DNA of 64,000 bases, from contig JAHYJR010000001.1 in NCBI GenBank assembly GCA_019429005.1, positions 200,663 to 264,662 of the forward strand, written 5' to 3'. The notes under the pieces are model-generated. The model was not told where the DNA came from and searched no databases. It was given only the letters and a program-made list of their open reading frames with translations. The first letter of the stretch is position 1, and each line of letters begins with the position of its first letter. Positions 39,225-49,782 of the stretch are shown one piece after another. Source of the stretch: Nanobdellati archaeon. Its GTDB lineage: Archaea > EX4484-52 > GLR71. A program made the translations under genes and the position numbers.

Positions 39225-39668
39225 ATGAGTGATTTAAAAGCAGATTTCCACATATTAACTTTTATCAAAGAACAAGGTTATTCTGTAGGATTACAGACAC
39301 TAAATAGTAGGGGTAAACGCTATACTCTCAAAAATTTTGATGATACTTATTTAGTAGTAGAACATGATTCCGATTTAAAGCAAATTATGCCAATTGAAAA
39401 TATGCTTAAAATTATATTTAATACAGATATTTATTCTCGAGATGAATTAATCTTGGCTTTTGAAGCTAATTATGAGATGTTTAAGGATTTAACCAAATCA
39501 GAATTTATAAAACCTCTTATAAATGAAAATATTCATTTTAAAACAATCAGTTCAAGTGAGTATGAGGGTCTTTTGATTGACGCAGATTCTCGCGGTCTAT
39601 TAATTGATATATATAATGCTGAACCTGTATATGTCTTTAACCATGATATCCAATCGATTTATTTTTAA
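39225..39668 (+). CDS. Hypothetical protein
   Basis: 147-aa ORF with an AGGT SD-like motif. Confidence 0.6.
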   Translation: MSDLKADFHILTFIKEQGYSVGLQTLNSRGKRYTLKNFDDTYLVVEHDSDLKQIMPIENMLKIIFNTDIYSRDELILAFEANYEMFKDLTKSEFIKPLINENIHFKTISSSEYEGLLIDADSRGLLIDIYNAEPVYVFNHDIQSIYF

Positions 39669-39691
39669 GAAGATTATTTGATTTTGAGATT

Positions 39692-40810
39692 TCAATCTTT
39701 AACCAAAAATTTATCAAGAACATCTTTTGCTTTTTCACGTTTTTCTTGGTGCTTTTCAAGAAATTTAACAACGCGTTCAGAAAGGTCTTTTTTACATTCA
39801 CCACAAAGTATTTTACCCTCTTTACAAGCTTTTTGTCGCTTTTCAAGTTTTGCATCATTTTCTTCAAAAATAAATTTGAAATAACTGAATACAGAACAGA
39901 TTTCTGAATTTCCACCCTTTTTTCTTTGTTCTTCAATACTTGCTTGACCGCCTGTAAATGCTGACATTACTTTCTTTTTTGCAGTTTTCAAATCATCTGT
40001 TGTAAATATGGCTGAATCTGGTTTTGATGCAGACATCTTGCCACCTTCAACAAGTCCAGGCATAAACATTCCTTGAACTGATGCTGGTTTATAATATCCT
40101 AATTTAGGCATAACATCTCTTGCAACTCTGAAATGCGGATCCTGGTCTATAGCATGTGGTATTAGGCAAGGTATGTTTTTACCTTGTTCTACCGATTCAA
40201 GAAATGCAGGTACTGCTTGCATGCTTGTGTAAAAAATCTGCCCCACATTCGTATCGTTTCCAAAACCAAATGTTGCTTTTGCTGTTGAGAATGTTATCTT
40301 TTTGGCAACTCGGGTTGCATGATAATAAAATGTTTTTGCATTATCGTAATCAGAATATATCTTAGTCTTCTTTGGATTGAATCCAAGCGCAATGACATCA
40401 AGTGCATTCTCATATGCAAAATGTTTTGTGGTTTCAATATCTAATTTGCTGTTTGTTAAGAATTTTTCATCATCGGTCATTTGAAAAAACAATTTAACAT
40501 CAAATTTATCTTGTAACCATTTTGTTAAAAACCATGGAAATAAATGACCTAAATGTGTATTTCCAGATGGACCACGTCCTGTATACAAAAAGAATTTGTT
40601 GCCTTTTTCATATTCATCAAGTATCCAGTTAAGGTCACGGTGTGCAAAAAATAAATTTCGTCTTAAGGTTGGATGAAGTTCTCCAGTATGTTTTTTAATT
40701 CTTTCTAATAACTTTTTATCTATAATTTGTACACCGAAATCTTTTACAACTTTATCATAATCTATATCTCCAGTGACTTCCCAGGGTGTTACTTTGAATT
40801 CTTTTGACAT
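39692..40810 (-). CDS. trpS: Tryptophan--tRNA ligase
   Basis: VTPWEV, YTGRGPS...HLGH, AIDQDPHFR and KMSAS. Confidence 0.97.
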   Translation of the reverse strand: MSKEFKVTPWEVTGDIDYDKVVKDFGVQIIDKKLLERIKKHTGELHPTLRRNLFFAHRDLNWILDEYEKGNKFFLYTGRGPSGNTHLGHLFPWFLTKWLQDKFDVKLFFQMTDDEKFLTNSKLDIETTKHFAYENALDVIALGFNPKKTKIYSDYDNAKTFYYHATRVAKKITFSTAKATFGFGNDTNVGQIFYTSMQAVPAFLESVEQGKNIPCLIPHAIDQDPHFRVARDVMPKLGYYKPASVQGMFMPGLVEGGKMSASKPDSAIFTTDDLKTAKKKVMSAFTGGQASIEEQRKKGGNSEICSVFSYFKFIFEENDAKLEKRQKACKEGKILCGECKKDLSERVVKFLEKHQEKREKAKDVLDKFLVKD

Positions 40811-40841
40811 TGTATCACATTGATATGTTATTTAATTCTCA

Positions 40842-41411
40842 TTATTCAAGAACTTCATAAGTTGCTTTGAAACGCTGTATAACTGTTATTACAGAAAGTA
40901 TTGCTATCATGTATAATGCATATGTAAGTGATGCACTGAACACATATGTACTTATAGCTCCAACAAATAATATCACATGACGTCCTGCACGTCCAAGGAC
41001 ACCCCCATACATTCTTTTTTCAGTTAATGCTTGAGCTTGTGTTCCCATGTAAGATACAAGAAGTAATGTTACAAGTGCTATATATGCGATATCTGAATTA
41101 ATCATTGGGTTATATGCTATACCCATAAATATGATTATGTCTGCAACTCTGTCAAATGTATGGTCTAAAAAATCCCCTTTTTTTGATGGTATGCCATTTT
41201 TCGCAACTTCACCATCTAAAACATCAAGAAAACCGTTAAGTCCAAGAAATATTGCAGCGGGTATGAAATTACCTTTAAAAAATAAGTATCCTGAAAAGAT
41301 TCCAGCAAGTAATGATGCAATCGTAATTCTATCAGGGTGTACATCAATTATAAATGGTGTCATTATTCGATTTCTTAAAGTTTTTTTTTTAGAATTTGTA
41401 ATTTTTATCAC
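40842..41411 (-). CDS. CDP-alcohol phosphatidyltransferase (archaetidylinositol-phosphate synthase-like)
   Basis: DVLDGEVA...GDFLDHTFDRVAD signature. Confidence 0.92.
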   Translation of the reverse strand: MIKITNSKKKTLRNRIMTPFIIDVHPDRITIASLLAGIFSGYLFFKGNFIPAAIFLGLNGFLDVLDGEVAKNGIPSKKGDFLDHTFDRVADIIIFMGIAYNPMINSDIAYIALVTLLLVSYMGTQAQALTEKRMYGGVLGRAGRHVILFVGAISTYVFSASLTYALYMIAILSVITVIQRFKATYEVLE

Positions 41412-41471
41412 CGGTACAAATAAGTTTATTTAAAATTATTTAAATCATTATTTTTATAAATCTATTAAAGC

Positions 41472-41506
<35 letters not shown>

Positions 41507-41545
41507 GTGATTATTAATAATATTTAGTTATACAAGGTTTTCCAA

Positions 41546-43075
41546 ATGTCAGTAAAGAAAAAAGACAATAAATTTCAAGAACAGTTTATATCATTCTTAC
41601 AACAGAAAGGTTTTATCTGGGGTCCTGAACCTGAATTATATGGGGGTCTTGCAGGTTTCTATACATATGCACCACTTGGAAAACGTCTGAAAAATAATGT
41701 TGAAAATCGTATTCGTTCAGTCTTCCAAAAAAATGATATGTGGGAAGTTGAATGTCCGACAATTATGCAGAAAGAGGTTTGGCAAGCATCAGGACATTTA
41801 GATAATTTTACAGATCCTTTGGTTGCTTGTTCAAAATGTAATGCTTCATTTCGTGCTGATAAACTTATAGAAGAGAAATACGATGACGTTGTTGCAGATG
41901 CATTTAGCGAAAAAGAACTTCTTGATTTTATAAATGATAAAAAAATAAAATGTCCTGTTTGTGGTTCTCAATTTATTCAAGAGATTAAGCAACATAATCT
42001 GATGATGAAAACCACAATCGGCACAAAAATTGAAGCATATAACCGACCAGAAACTGCTACAACAACATATCTTCCATTTATTCGTTATGTAGATTATTTT
42101 AGGAAAAAAATACCCTTTGGTGTTTTCCAGATCGGAAAAGCTTATCGAAACGAGATTTCACCAAGACAGCATGTGCTTCGGATGCGCGAATTTACGCAAG
42201 CTGAAGGTCAGATGTTTATCTTTAAAGAGCAGAAAAATAATTTTGAAAGGTATGATTTAATTAAAGAGTCAAAATTACCTCTTTGGTCACACCAATTACA
42301 AGACACTTCGAAAGAACCTAAAATGATATCAGTTTCAGATGCAATGAAAAAAGGTTATCTAAAGAATCAGGCATATGCATGGTCTGTTAATTTAGCATAT
42401 ACACTTTTTAGAGAAATCGGAATTCCTGAAGAATATATAAGGCTTCGTCAGCATACGCCTGGAGAGTTAGCATTTTATGCAGATGATGCATGGGATCTTG
42501 AGATTAAGACAAACAGTTTTGGTTGGGTTGAATGTTGTGGTATTCATGATAGAACTGATTATGATTTAACTCAACATGCAAAAGCATCAGGTAAAAAGTT
42601 AGAAGCTTTAGATGAGAATAATGAAAAGACAGTTCCAAATATTCTTGAGATTGCTTTTGGAACAGACCGACCTGTATTTGCTCTTCTTGATATAACATAT
42701 AATCAAGCAGAGGATCGGACTGTATTATTTGTACCTTATAATCTTGCACCAATACAAGTTGCAGTATTACCACTTGTAAAGAGAGATGGTCTTGACACAA
42801 TTGCAAAAGAGTTGTTCAATAAATTGAACGGTAAATTCATTGCATATTATGATGAGGGTGGTTCTGTTGGTCGGCGTTATGCAAGGATGGATGAGAAAGG
42901 TACTCCTTATATAATTACAACAGATACTGATACACTTACAGATAATAGTGTCACAATTCGTGATCGTAATTCAACAAAGCAAATAAGAATCCAGCTTGAA
43001 GATGTGCCTGATGTTCTTGATAATTTGTTTTCTAGTAAGAAACAATTTGAAGATTTAGGTAAAATTATAGAGTGA
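41546..43075 (+). CDS. glyS: Glycine--tRNA ligase (alpha2 type)
   Basis: YGGLAGFYTYAPLG, RPETA, YRNEISPRQ..LRMREFTQAE and GRRYARMDE. Confidence 0.96.
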   Translation: MSVKKKDNKFQEQFISFLQQKGFIWGPEPELYGGLAGFYTYAPLGKRLKNNVENRIRSVFQKNDMWEVECPTIMQKEVWQASGHLDNFTDPLVACSKCNASFRADKLIEEKYDDVVADAFSEKELLDFINDKKIKCPVCGSQFIQEIKQHNLMMKTTIGTKIEAYNRPETATTTYLPFIRYVDYFRKKIPFGVFQIGKAYRNEISPRQHVLRMREFTQAEGQMFIFKEQKNNFERYDLIKESKLPLWSHQLQDTSKEPKMISVSDAMKKGYLKNQAYAWSVNLAYTLFREIGIPEEYIRLRQHTPGELAFYADDAWDLEIKTNSFGWVECCGIHDRTDYDLTQHAKASGKKLEALDENNEKTVPNILEIAFGTDRPVFALLDITYNQAEDRTVLFVPYNLAPIQVAVLPLVKRDGLDTIAKELFNKLNGKFIAYYDEGGSVGRRYARMDEKGTPYIITTDTDTLTDNSVTIRDRNSTKQIRIQLEDVPDVLDNLFSSKKQFEDLGKIIE

Positions 43076-43079
43076 ATTT

Positions 43080-43576
43080 ATGCAATCAATACGTTTAAGA
43101 TATCAAGAAGTTGAAGATGCAGAACGTTTTTTGAGATTATAACTAAATAAGATTTCAAATATCAAATTATACCTGTAAAGACTGTTGAAGATGAGATTGA
43201 TTTTTTAAAGCTTAATGATGAAAAGCGAAAAAATAATTTTGAATATAATTATTCAATAATGTATGACGATATTCTTGTAGGTAGTTGCGGTATTAAGATT
43301 GATCAACATAATACTCATATTTGTAGTTTAGGTTTTTTTGTTGACGAAAACTATTGGGGTAAAGGTATTGCAACATATGTTGTACCTCTACTTGAGCATA
43401 TTTGTTTTGAAGAGTTGGGCATTAAACGAATTGAAATAAGGATGTATGTTGAAAATAAAGTAAGTGAGAAAGTTGCAATAAAGTGTGGTTATACGCAATA
43501 ATGTGTGATGAAAAAAGCAATAAAACTTGGAAATGAGTTTGTTGATGCTTATCTTTATGCTAAGGTTAAGGTGTGA
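43080..43576 (+). pseudogene. RimJ/RimL-type GNAT acetyltransferase pseudogene
   Basis: MQSIRLRYQEVEDAERF, frameshift near 43130-43150, ...YWGKGIAT...NKVSEKVAIKCGYTQ*CVMKKAIKLGNEFVDAYLYAKVKV; internal TAA at 43499-43501. Confidence 0.85.
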
Positions 43577-43693
43577 TTATATCTAATTTTTGAAGATGTT
43601 TTTATTCCGTTTCTCTGTTTTTGTTATACTTGATTGTTTCATACACCTATTTTTTTAAAATCTTAAGTGACTATTTTACGAAAAATATATATG

Positions 43694-44030
<337 letters not shown>

Positions 44031-44070
44031 AATCGTTATAAAAAAATGTAAAATATCTTTAGTTGATTGT

Positions 44071-44919
44071 ATGAAACAAAACATTAATAATCATCTCAGT
44101 ATAATGACAATTTTATTAAGAAAATGTAATTTATATTGTGATCATTGTTCTTCTAATTCTTCGTTTAAACGTGAAGGTTTTGTTAATACTGATGATATTT
44201 TAAACATATTGGAAGCTTTTGCGCCATATGCCAAGAAAAAACAGCATCTTGTTAGTGGAGGGGAACCAACATTACATCCAGATTTACATTATGTATTATC
44301 TGCTTCAAACGATTTGGGTTATAAGACATCAGTTGTGACTAATGCGTCTTGGATTGATCTTGATGATATGGGTAAGACTGAAAGATTTTTTTATGACACT
44401 TTTCCTGAAGATTTAAAGATAACATCATCTTTTGATCTGGAGCATTTCAAGGAAGATCCAATGCTTCTCCAAAGATTATCTGTTTTACATGATTTAACAC
44501 ATAATCGCAATAAAATTACTATTGATGGTGCATATAATGGCGTTAACGGTATAAAGAAAATACAGTCTTATTTAGACGAAACTACATTTGATTATATGTT
44601 GATTCCTATGCAGAGTATGGGGCGGGCAACAAATTTAGTAAATCAGAATATTTTAGATAATAATAAATTATCTTGTCCTAAAGGTGATAAGAAAGGGTTT
44701 GTTATCACTGATGATGGTGTATATTATTGCTTAAGGACTGCTCTTACTTCAAATCCTTGTTTTAAACTTTCAGATAGTTATGATGTGGAAGAAATATTAC
44801 ATGCTTTGGATTGTTTCAATTCATCTTCAATAAACAGTTCAATCGTATCATTATATGATAATTTATCGCCTCAAGAGATTATTGATAATTATCATTATCC
44901 TTGTGATTTATGCGAATAG
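44071..44919 (+). CDS. Radical SAM protein
   Basis: CNLYCDHC, SGGEPTLHP, VTNA and C-terminal Cys (SPASM/twitch-like). True start taken as ATG 44071; the Y/F-rich extension in the ORF track comes from the microsatellite. Confidence 0.88.
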   Translation: MKQNINNHLSIMTILLRKCNLYCDHCSSNSSFKREGFVNTDDILNILEAFAPYAKKKQHLVSGGEPTLHPDLHYVLSASNDLGYKTSVVTNASWIDLDDMGKTERFFYDTFPEDLKITSSFDLEHFKEDPMLLQRLSVLHDLTHNRNKITIDGAYNGVNGIKKIQSYLDETTFDYMLIPMQSMGRATNLVNQNILDNNKLSCPKGDKKGFVITDDGVYYCLRTALTSNPCFKLSDSYDVEEILHALDCFNSSSINSSIVSLYDNLSPQEIIDNYHYPCDLCE

Positions 44920-45037
44920 GATTAACTAACTAAATTTTATAGCCATACCCTGTTATTTTTTAAATAATTTTTATATTATAACTGTGAGTGTCCCTATCTA
45001 GACAATCTATATATTTATGTAACCATAAACGGTTATT

Positions 45038-45207
45038 ATGTTTAAAAAATAATACCAAAATAGTTTAAGTTTATTTTTGATTGTTGCTTTTATCATAGGT
45101 ATGTTATAATAAAAAACCTAAATTATTCTGTTTCCTTGTTTATGATAATCTTTTTTACATTGGTAGGTCTCATTTTTGCTTTAAATTCAAAGAACTTAAC
45201 CCAATAA
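45038..45207 (+). pseudogene. Degenerate paralog of the adjacent small membrane protein
   Basis: AAAAACCTAAATtaTTCTGTTTCcTTGTTTAT matches the copy near 45355-45386; broken reading frame. Confidence 0.6.
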
Positions 45208-45273
45208 AATATAGGTCTTTTTTAGACTCTATCCAAATAGTCTATCTCTCTCTATTTAGCACTAAATAATATT

Positions 45274-45471
45274 ATGCTCAAAAAACAATCTCAAATCGGT
45301 TTAAGTCTATTTTTAATAGGTATCGGTGCGTTGATTATTGGTTATGATCTACTAAAAAACCTAAATAGTTCTGTTTCTTTGTTTATAGCATCAATCTTTG
45401 TATTAATCGGTATCGCTTTATTCTTAAATTCTAAAAAACCGTTAAGGCTTCAAACAAAAATCAAGGTTTGA
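45274..45471 (+). CDS. Small 2-TM membrane protein
   Basis: 65-aa ORF with two hydrophobic helices; a paralog remnant upstream supports coding status. Confidence 0.65.
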   Translation: MLKKQSQIGLSLFLIGIGALIIGYDLLKNLNSSVSLFIASIFVLIGIALFLNSKKPLRLQTKIKV

Positions 45472-46024
45472 TCCTTTCAATCCTATAATATGTTGCATCG
45501 CCTTCTTCATCAACAACAGCAAGAAGTGCTCTTGCACGTATGTTTTGGCTAAGTCTAACATATCGAGACCATTCTTGATATGAACTTGTATAGTTCTCAG
45601 GTACTGCATGGACATTAAATTTTGTATGTTCTTTAAGGTCTTTTGAACCGCCTTTATACGGATTAACACCTCTATCATAAACTCTAAAATGTGTTCCAAA
45701 TTTAAATCCCGATTTAACTATATAACCACGATTTCTAAGGTCTCTATAGACAATATATTTATGTGCAAACTCTTTGTCTATTTTACATGCAATCGAATAA
45801 AATGTCTTTATATCAATTTCTTTTTTAGCTTTCATTAAGACCATATGTTCTCTTTCAAGAAGAATCATGGTCTCTTCGAGACTAAGAAGGAGGTATTTTA
45901 TTTTTTCTTCTTCAATAATTTTACCGAAATATTTTTCCTGGAATATAGGATTCCATTCTTTTTCATTCCATATAACTACTTTGTTTTCAAGAAGTTCTGC
46001 AGTGACTATTGTGTTTTCAACCAT
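45461..46024 (-). CDS. endA: tRNA-splicing endonuclease
   Basis: LSLEE, YIVYRDLRNRGYIVKSGFKFGTHFRVY and AVVDEEGDATYY. Confidence 0.95.
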   Translation of the reverse strand: MVENTIVTAELLENKVVIWNEKEWNPIFQEKYFGKIIEEEKIKYLLLSLEETMILLEREHMVLMKAKKEIDIKTFYSIACKIDKEFAHKYIVYRDLRNRGYIVKSGFKFGTHFRVYDRGVNPYKGGSKDLKEHTKFNVHAVPENYTSSYQEWSRYVRLSQNIRARALLAVVDEEGDATYYRIERIKP

Positions 46025-46055
46025 TTAAACCACTTGCGTTTTATATTTTTAGATA

Positions 46056-46129
46056 TGGGGCCAGCGTGATTTGAACACGCGACACCTAGATCTTCAGTCT
46101 AGTGCTCTCCCAGGCTGAGCTATGACCCC
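46056..46129 (-). tRNA. tRNA-Phe(GAA)
   Basis: GGGGTCA...CTAGA-CT-GAA-GA-TCTAG...GCGTG-TTCAAAT-CACGC-TGGCCCC-A. Confidence 0.96.
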
Positions 46130-46138
46130 ATATGAATA

Positions 46139-46214
46139 TGGCGCCCCGGGCAGGACTCGAACCTACGACCTCGTGATTAACAGTCACGCGCTCTACCTAC
46201 TAAGCTACCGAGGC
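46139..46214 (-). tRNA. tRNA-Asn(GTT) with encoded CCA
   Basis: GCCTCGG...CGTGA-CT-GTT-AA-TCACG...GTAGG-TTCGAGT-CCTGC-CCGGGGC-G-CCA. Confidence 0.96.
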
Positions 46215-46271
46215 ATAAAGCATTATTTCTAGGCATATTTTTATAAACCTATCTAGATAATGCATTTAATT

Positions 46272-47360
46272 TTACTCTATAAAATCTTGTGCTGCTATTT
46301 TTTTTGGAAGGTATTCGTTTGCTACAAAATCAAGACTTTTGCTTGCAAGAGCTTGCTGTTCTATTCTGACACCTTTTTCAATCATAGTTGTAATTTCTTT
46401 TGTCCATTCTTTTGTTTTGAACCATTCATACTTCAAAAGTTGTTTTGCACGTGTTTTATCTACATCTTTGAGTTTTTCTGTAACTTTTTGTAAACCGTAT
46501 GTTTCAATATCTGCCATAGTCATACCAATGAATTTTGCAGATGGTGTTGCAAGTCTTCTTGATTCGTATGCAAGATTAACAGAGCCTGTCTTTACAACAG
46601 AATGGATATAATATCCCCAAGGATCACCATCTGTATATGTATATACTGGCAGTTTAAGTCTCTCATGCATTATATGTATAAGTCGTCTTGCACCTCTTGC
46701 AGCCTGACCTCCAAGACCTATTAAAATTGCATGATTTTTAATATGGAATTTTTCTTCAACAAGTCTATCTACCATAGCTTTTGTTTCAACTACAAGTATG
46801 TATTTTGCATTACAACTTACAAATTCATAATCATCTACAATAGATGGTATTGAAAGACCCGATTTACCAAGTTTTGAACAATCAATTAAGTCACCCATAT
46901 CTTTTATGACAATCTCACCAAAAAGGTTTCCTTTACTGTCTGCTTTAAGATGTAGGTGTTCTCTTAATGAATCAAGCATAGTCTCAAGATCTTCTATCAA
47001 AGGATCTGATTCAGTCTGACCTTCAAAAGTATTTTCTTTTGTACCTGGAATAGTATGTTTTAATTCATAATAAAGTTCTCTGATACTTGCTGATTTACCC
47101 ATTTCAAGAAGTTCTTTACATTTTTCAGCAATCATCATGCTTTGCATAAATTTTCTTGTATGTGCAATATTTAGAAAATTACGTGATGTTCTTTTATCTC
47201 CAAGGAATAAGTAACCCAATTTACTATCAAAATGTACATTTGAAAATGATCTTAAAGGGAGTGTAATTGAAGGGTCTATTGTTGCTTCTATATCTTTTAC
47301 TAGCCTTTCAGCATTCTGTTTTATTTTTGCAATTATTTCTTTATCAGTATCAAGTTCCAT
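46272..47360 (-). CDS. top6A: DNA topoisomerase VI subunit A
   Basis: SIRELYY (catalytic Tyr), TOPRIM VET...DGDPWG and EQQA. Confidence 0.97.
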   Translation of the reverse strand: MELDTDKEIIAKIKQNAERLVKDIEATIDPSITLPLRSFSNVHFDSKLGYLFLGDKRTSRNFLNIAHTRKFMQSMMIAEKCKELLEMGKSASIRELYYELKHTIPGTKENTFEGQTESDPLIEDLETMLDSLREHLHLKADSKGNLFGEIVIKDMGDLIDCSKLGKSGLSIPSIVDDYEFVSCNAKYILVVETKAMVDRLVEEKFHIKNHAILIGLGGQAARGARRLIHIMHERLKLPVYTYTDGDPWGYYIHSVVKTGSVNLAYESRRLATPSAKFIGMTMADIETYGLQKVTEKLKDVDKTRAKQLLKYEWFKTKEWTKEITTMIEKGVRIEQQALASKSLDFVANEYLPKKIAAQDFIE

Positions 47361-47374
47361 ATCATATCACCCTT

Positions 47375-49144
47375 TTATATTTCATCATCATCATCTTCTG
47401 GTTTGTCTCCAAATGTATCTTTTGGACTAGTTTCTTCATCTTCATCATTAAACAGTTCTATTCCTTTACCTTTCATACTCACTGTTGTATCTCCAATTTT
47501 TTCAACTATAAGTTTTTGAAGATTTTTATTTATTGTTTCAGCGTCATGCCCTGTAATACCACTAAGTACTTCAGCAAGTTCTGCAGCATAGGTTTCGAAA
47601 GTTTTCTTTCGTGATTCGGCAAGTCCGACTTTCTTCTTTTTTGATACATATTGAGATAGTTTTCTTGCAGCCTCTTGTAAAGCTAGTTTAAGTTCTTTTA
47701 ATATAGGAGGGTATGATGCGATAGCTTCTTTACCTTCGGATGTATAAGGTACCCATACTGATGCAAGATGAACTGAGATTATCAAAGGTCCTGTTGGTAT
47801 AGAACCAGAGCTTTGTGATAAACTATATCTTTTCCATTCCATCTGTATTATTGATTTTGTTATAGCACAAGCAGATTGTTCATAAAGTAGGGGCATTTTA
47901 TTTGCATATCTTATGATTTTTGCATTACCTTCTTTTTCTATATCACCACCGAAACCCATTGCAACTTCAACAAGGAACGGATGGCCTTTATAAACCATAG
48001 GTGGTCTGCTAACAACTGCAAGAAATTCAGGATGTAATTCTTTTTTAAGCCCTTCTTTCATTGAACTTTCACCAATAGGTGATAAGCAATCTGTTGGCGG
48101 TTTTTGTAATTTTGAGAGTGCAATTTGATCAAGTATACTTTCAGCTTCATCACGAGTTACTGTTCTTGGACTGACTTTCGGGTCAACTCCTGCATCCGTA
48201 CATATCTGTACTGCAGTTCCACGACCAATTCTTGAAAAATCTGTTGTAAGGAATCCTGTAAGATTTCGCGATTTTGTCATTTTAAGCATTCTTATGAAAA
48301 GACCAAGTTCAATACCTTTTGGATGTGGTTTAATGTCTTTTGCAAGTGGTGGAAGCGTTTCAACAACTCTTTGATATTCATGTTGTTTACCTGTTGGATC
48401 AATAAATACGATTTTTGCATAGGGATTTATTATTGCGCTCTGTTTTATGTATTCTTCAATACCTTGTTTTCCTTTTGTGTATTTTCCTTTAACATCTAAT
48501 TCAATTCTTACTCCATGACCGTCACCCATAAGTACATTTTCAGATAAAATATCAGGTTCATTTCGTGTGGTATCTATATGAATTTCATACACGTTTATTT
48601 TTCCATCATTTATCCGTGAATAGACTTTTGTTGGTTTTCCTGTTGTAAGCTGTGCATATAAAACAGATGCAGATATACCAATACCCTGTTGCCCTCTTGA
48701 TTGTTTAAGGTTAAATTTACCTCCATACAGAAGTTTTCCAAAAACCTTACCAACATTAGCTTTTACAATACCTGGACCATTGTCTTCAATAATAATCTTA
48801 AACTTATTTGCGCCAAGATCCTTTAATTCAACATATATGTTAGGTAATATTCTCGCATCTTCACATGCATCAAGTGAATTATCAACTGCTTCTCTAACAC
48901 AGGTTAAAAGTGATTTTTGAAGGTTTTCAAAACCAAGAAGATGTTTATTTCTCTCAAAGAATTCTGCAATTGATATTTCTCTATGTTGTTTTGCAAGTTT
49001 ATCTGCTATGGTTGTTCCAATTGTTGGTTCTATATCATCGTCATCATCATCAAATTGGTTTGTTAAATCAGTTACATCTTCTGTTTCTGTATTCAATTCA
49101 CTTTCATTATCTACCATTTCTTCTTCGTTTTCATCTTCAGACAT
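47375..49144 (-). CDS. top6B: DNA topoisomerase VI subunit B
   Basis: EAVDNSLDA, DNGPG and QSRGQQGIG GHKL motifs; acidic tails at both ends. Confidence 0.97.
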   Translation of the reverse strand: MSEDENEEEMVDNESELNTETEDVTDLTNQFDDDDDDIEPTIGTTIADKLAKQHREISIAEFFERNKHLLGFENLQKSLLTCVREAVDNSLDACEDARILPNIYVELKDLGANKFKIIIEDNGPGIVKANVGKVFGKLLYGGKFNLKQSRGQQGIGISASVLYAQLTTGKPTKVYSRINDGKINVYEIHIDTTRNEPDILSENVLMGDGHGVRIELDVKGKYTKGKQGIEEYIKQSAIINPYAKIVFIDPTGKQHEYQRVVETLPPLAKDIKPHPKGIELGLFIRMLKMTKSRNLTGFLTTDFSRIGRGTAVQICTDAGVDPKVSPRTVTRDEAESILDQIALSKLQKPPTDCLSPIGESSMKEGLKKELHPEFLAVVSRPPMVYKGHPFLVEVAMGFGGDIEKEGNAKIIRYANKMPLLYEQSACAITKSIIQMEWKRYSLSQSSGSIPTGPLIISVHLASVWVPYTSEGKEAIASYPPILKELKLALQEAARKLSQYVSKKKKVGLAESRKKTFETYAAELAEVLSGITGHDAETINKNLQKLIVEKIGDTTVSMKGKGIELFNDEDEETSPKDTFGDKPEDDDDEI

Positions 49145-49680
49145 TAAAATTCACCTTCAGTATTTTTGATATTTTCAAGATATTTATAAACATTTTTAAT
49201 CTCTTTATGATTTAATATCATTTCAATAGCATGTTTTGCTTTTGCAACTTCATCTATATGTCCAAGTACAGAAATCGTTTTTCCATATACTGCGATTTTT
49301 GCACCTGTAAATCGTTCAATATTTTTTTTAACTTTACCACCCGTTCCGATAAGTCTAGCTTTAACACGCGATAATGTATTTTTGTTTTTTCCAAGCATTG
49401 ATTCAATAGATATAACGAGGAGATCTGTATCATCTTTTGAAAGTCTTTTTATTTCACTCAAATTAAAGCCCCGTGTGATTGCTAAAACGCCTTTTTTTGC
49501 TTTCCATACATTAAAACCGTCTTCACTACTAATTGTAACTATACCTGTTTCTTCAATATGTATTTTACACATGAATTCTTTTTCAATCTCAATTTTTGTA
49601 TGGCCTTTATCACCTATAAGTATACCAATTCTTGATGGTGATATTCGGACTGTATCTATAATCATTTTATACTTCTCCAT
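49144..49680 (-). CDS. KH-domain RNA-processing protein (Dim2/Pno1)
   Basis: Two KH GxxG loops (LIGDKG, LIGTGG); conserved rio1-KH-top6B context. Confidence 0.9.
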   Translation of the reverse strand: MEKYKMIIDTVRISPSRIGILIGDKGHTKIEIEKEFMCKIHIEETGIVTISSEDGFNVWKAKKGVLAITRGFNLSEIKRLSKDDTDLLVISIESMLGKNKNTLSRVKARLIGTGGKVKKNIERFTGAKIAVYGKTISVLGHIDEVAKAKHAIEMILNHKEIKNVYKYLENIKNTEGEF

Positions 49681-49782
49681 ATTTATTTATAACCTTTTAT
49701 TTGTTCAATATAAAAATCTTTGTATCTTACTTTAAATTTTTGGTTACTAAAAAAATAAAAGCCTATCTATATAAGATTTATT

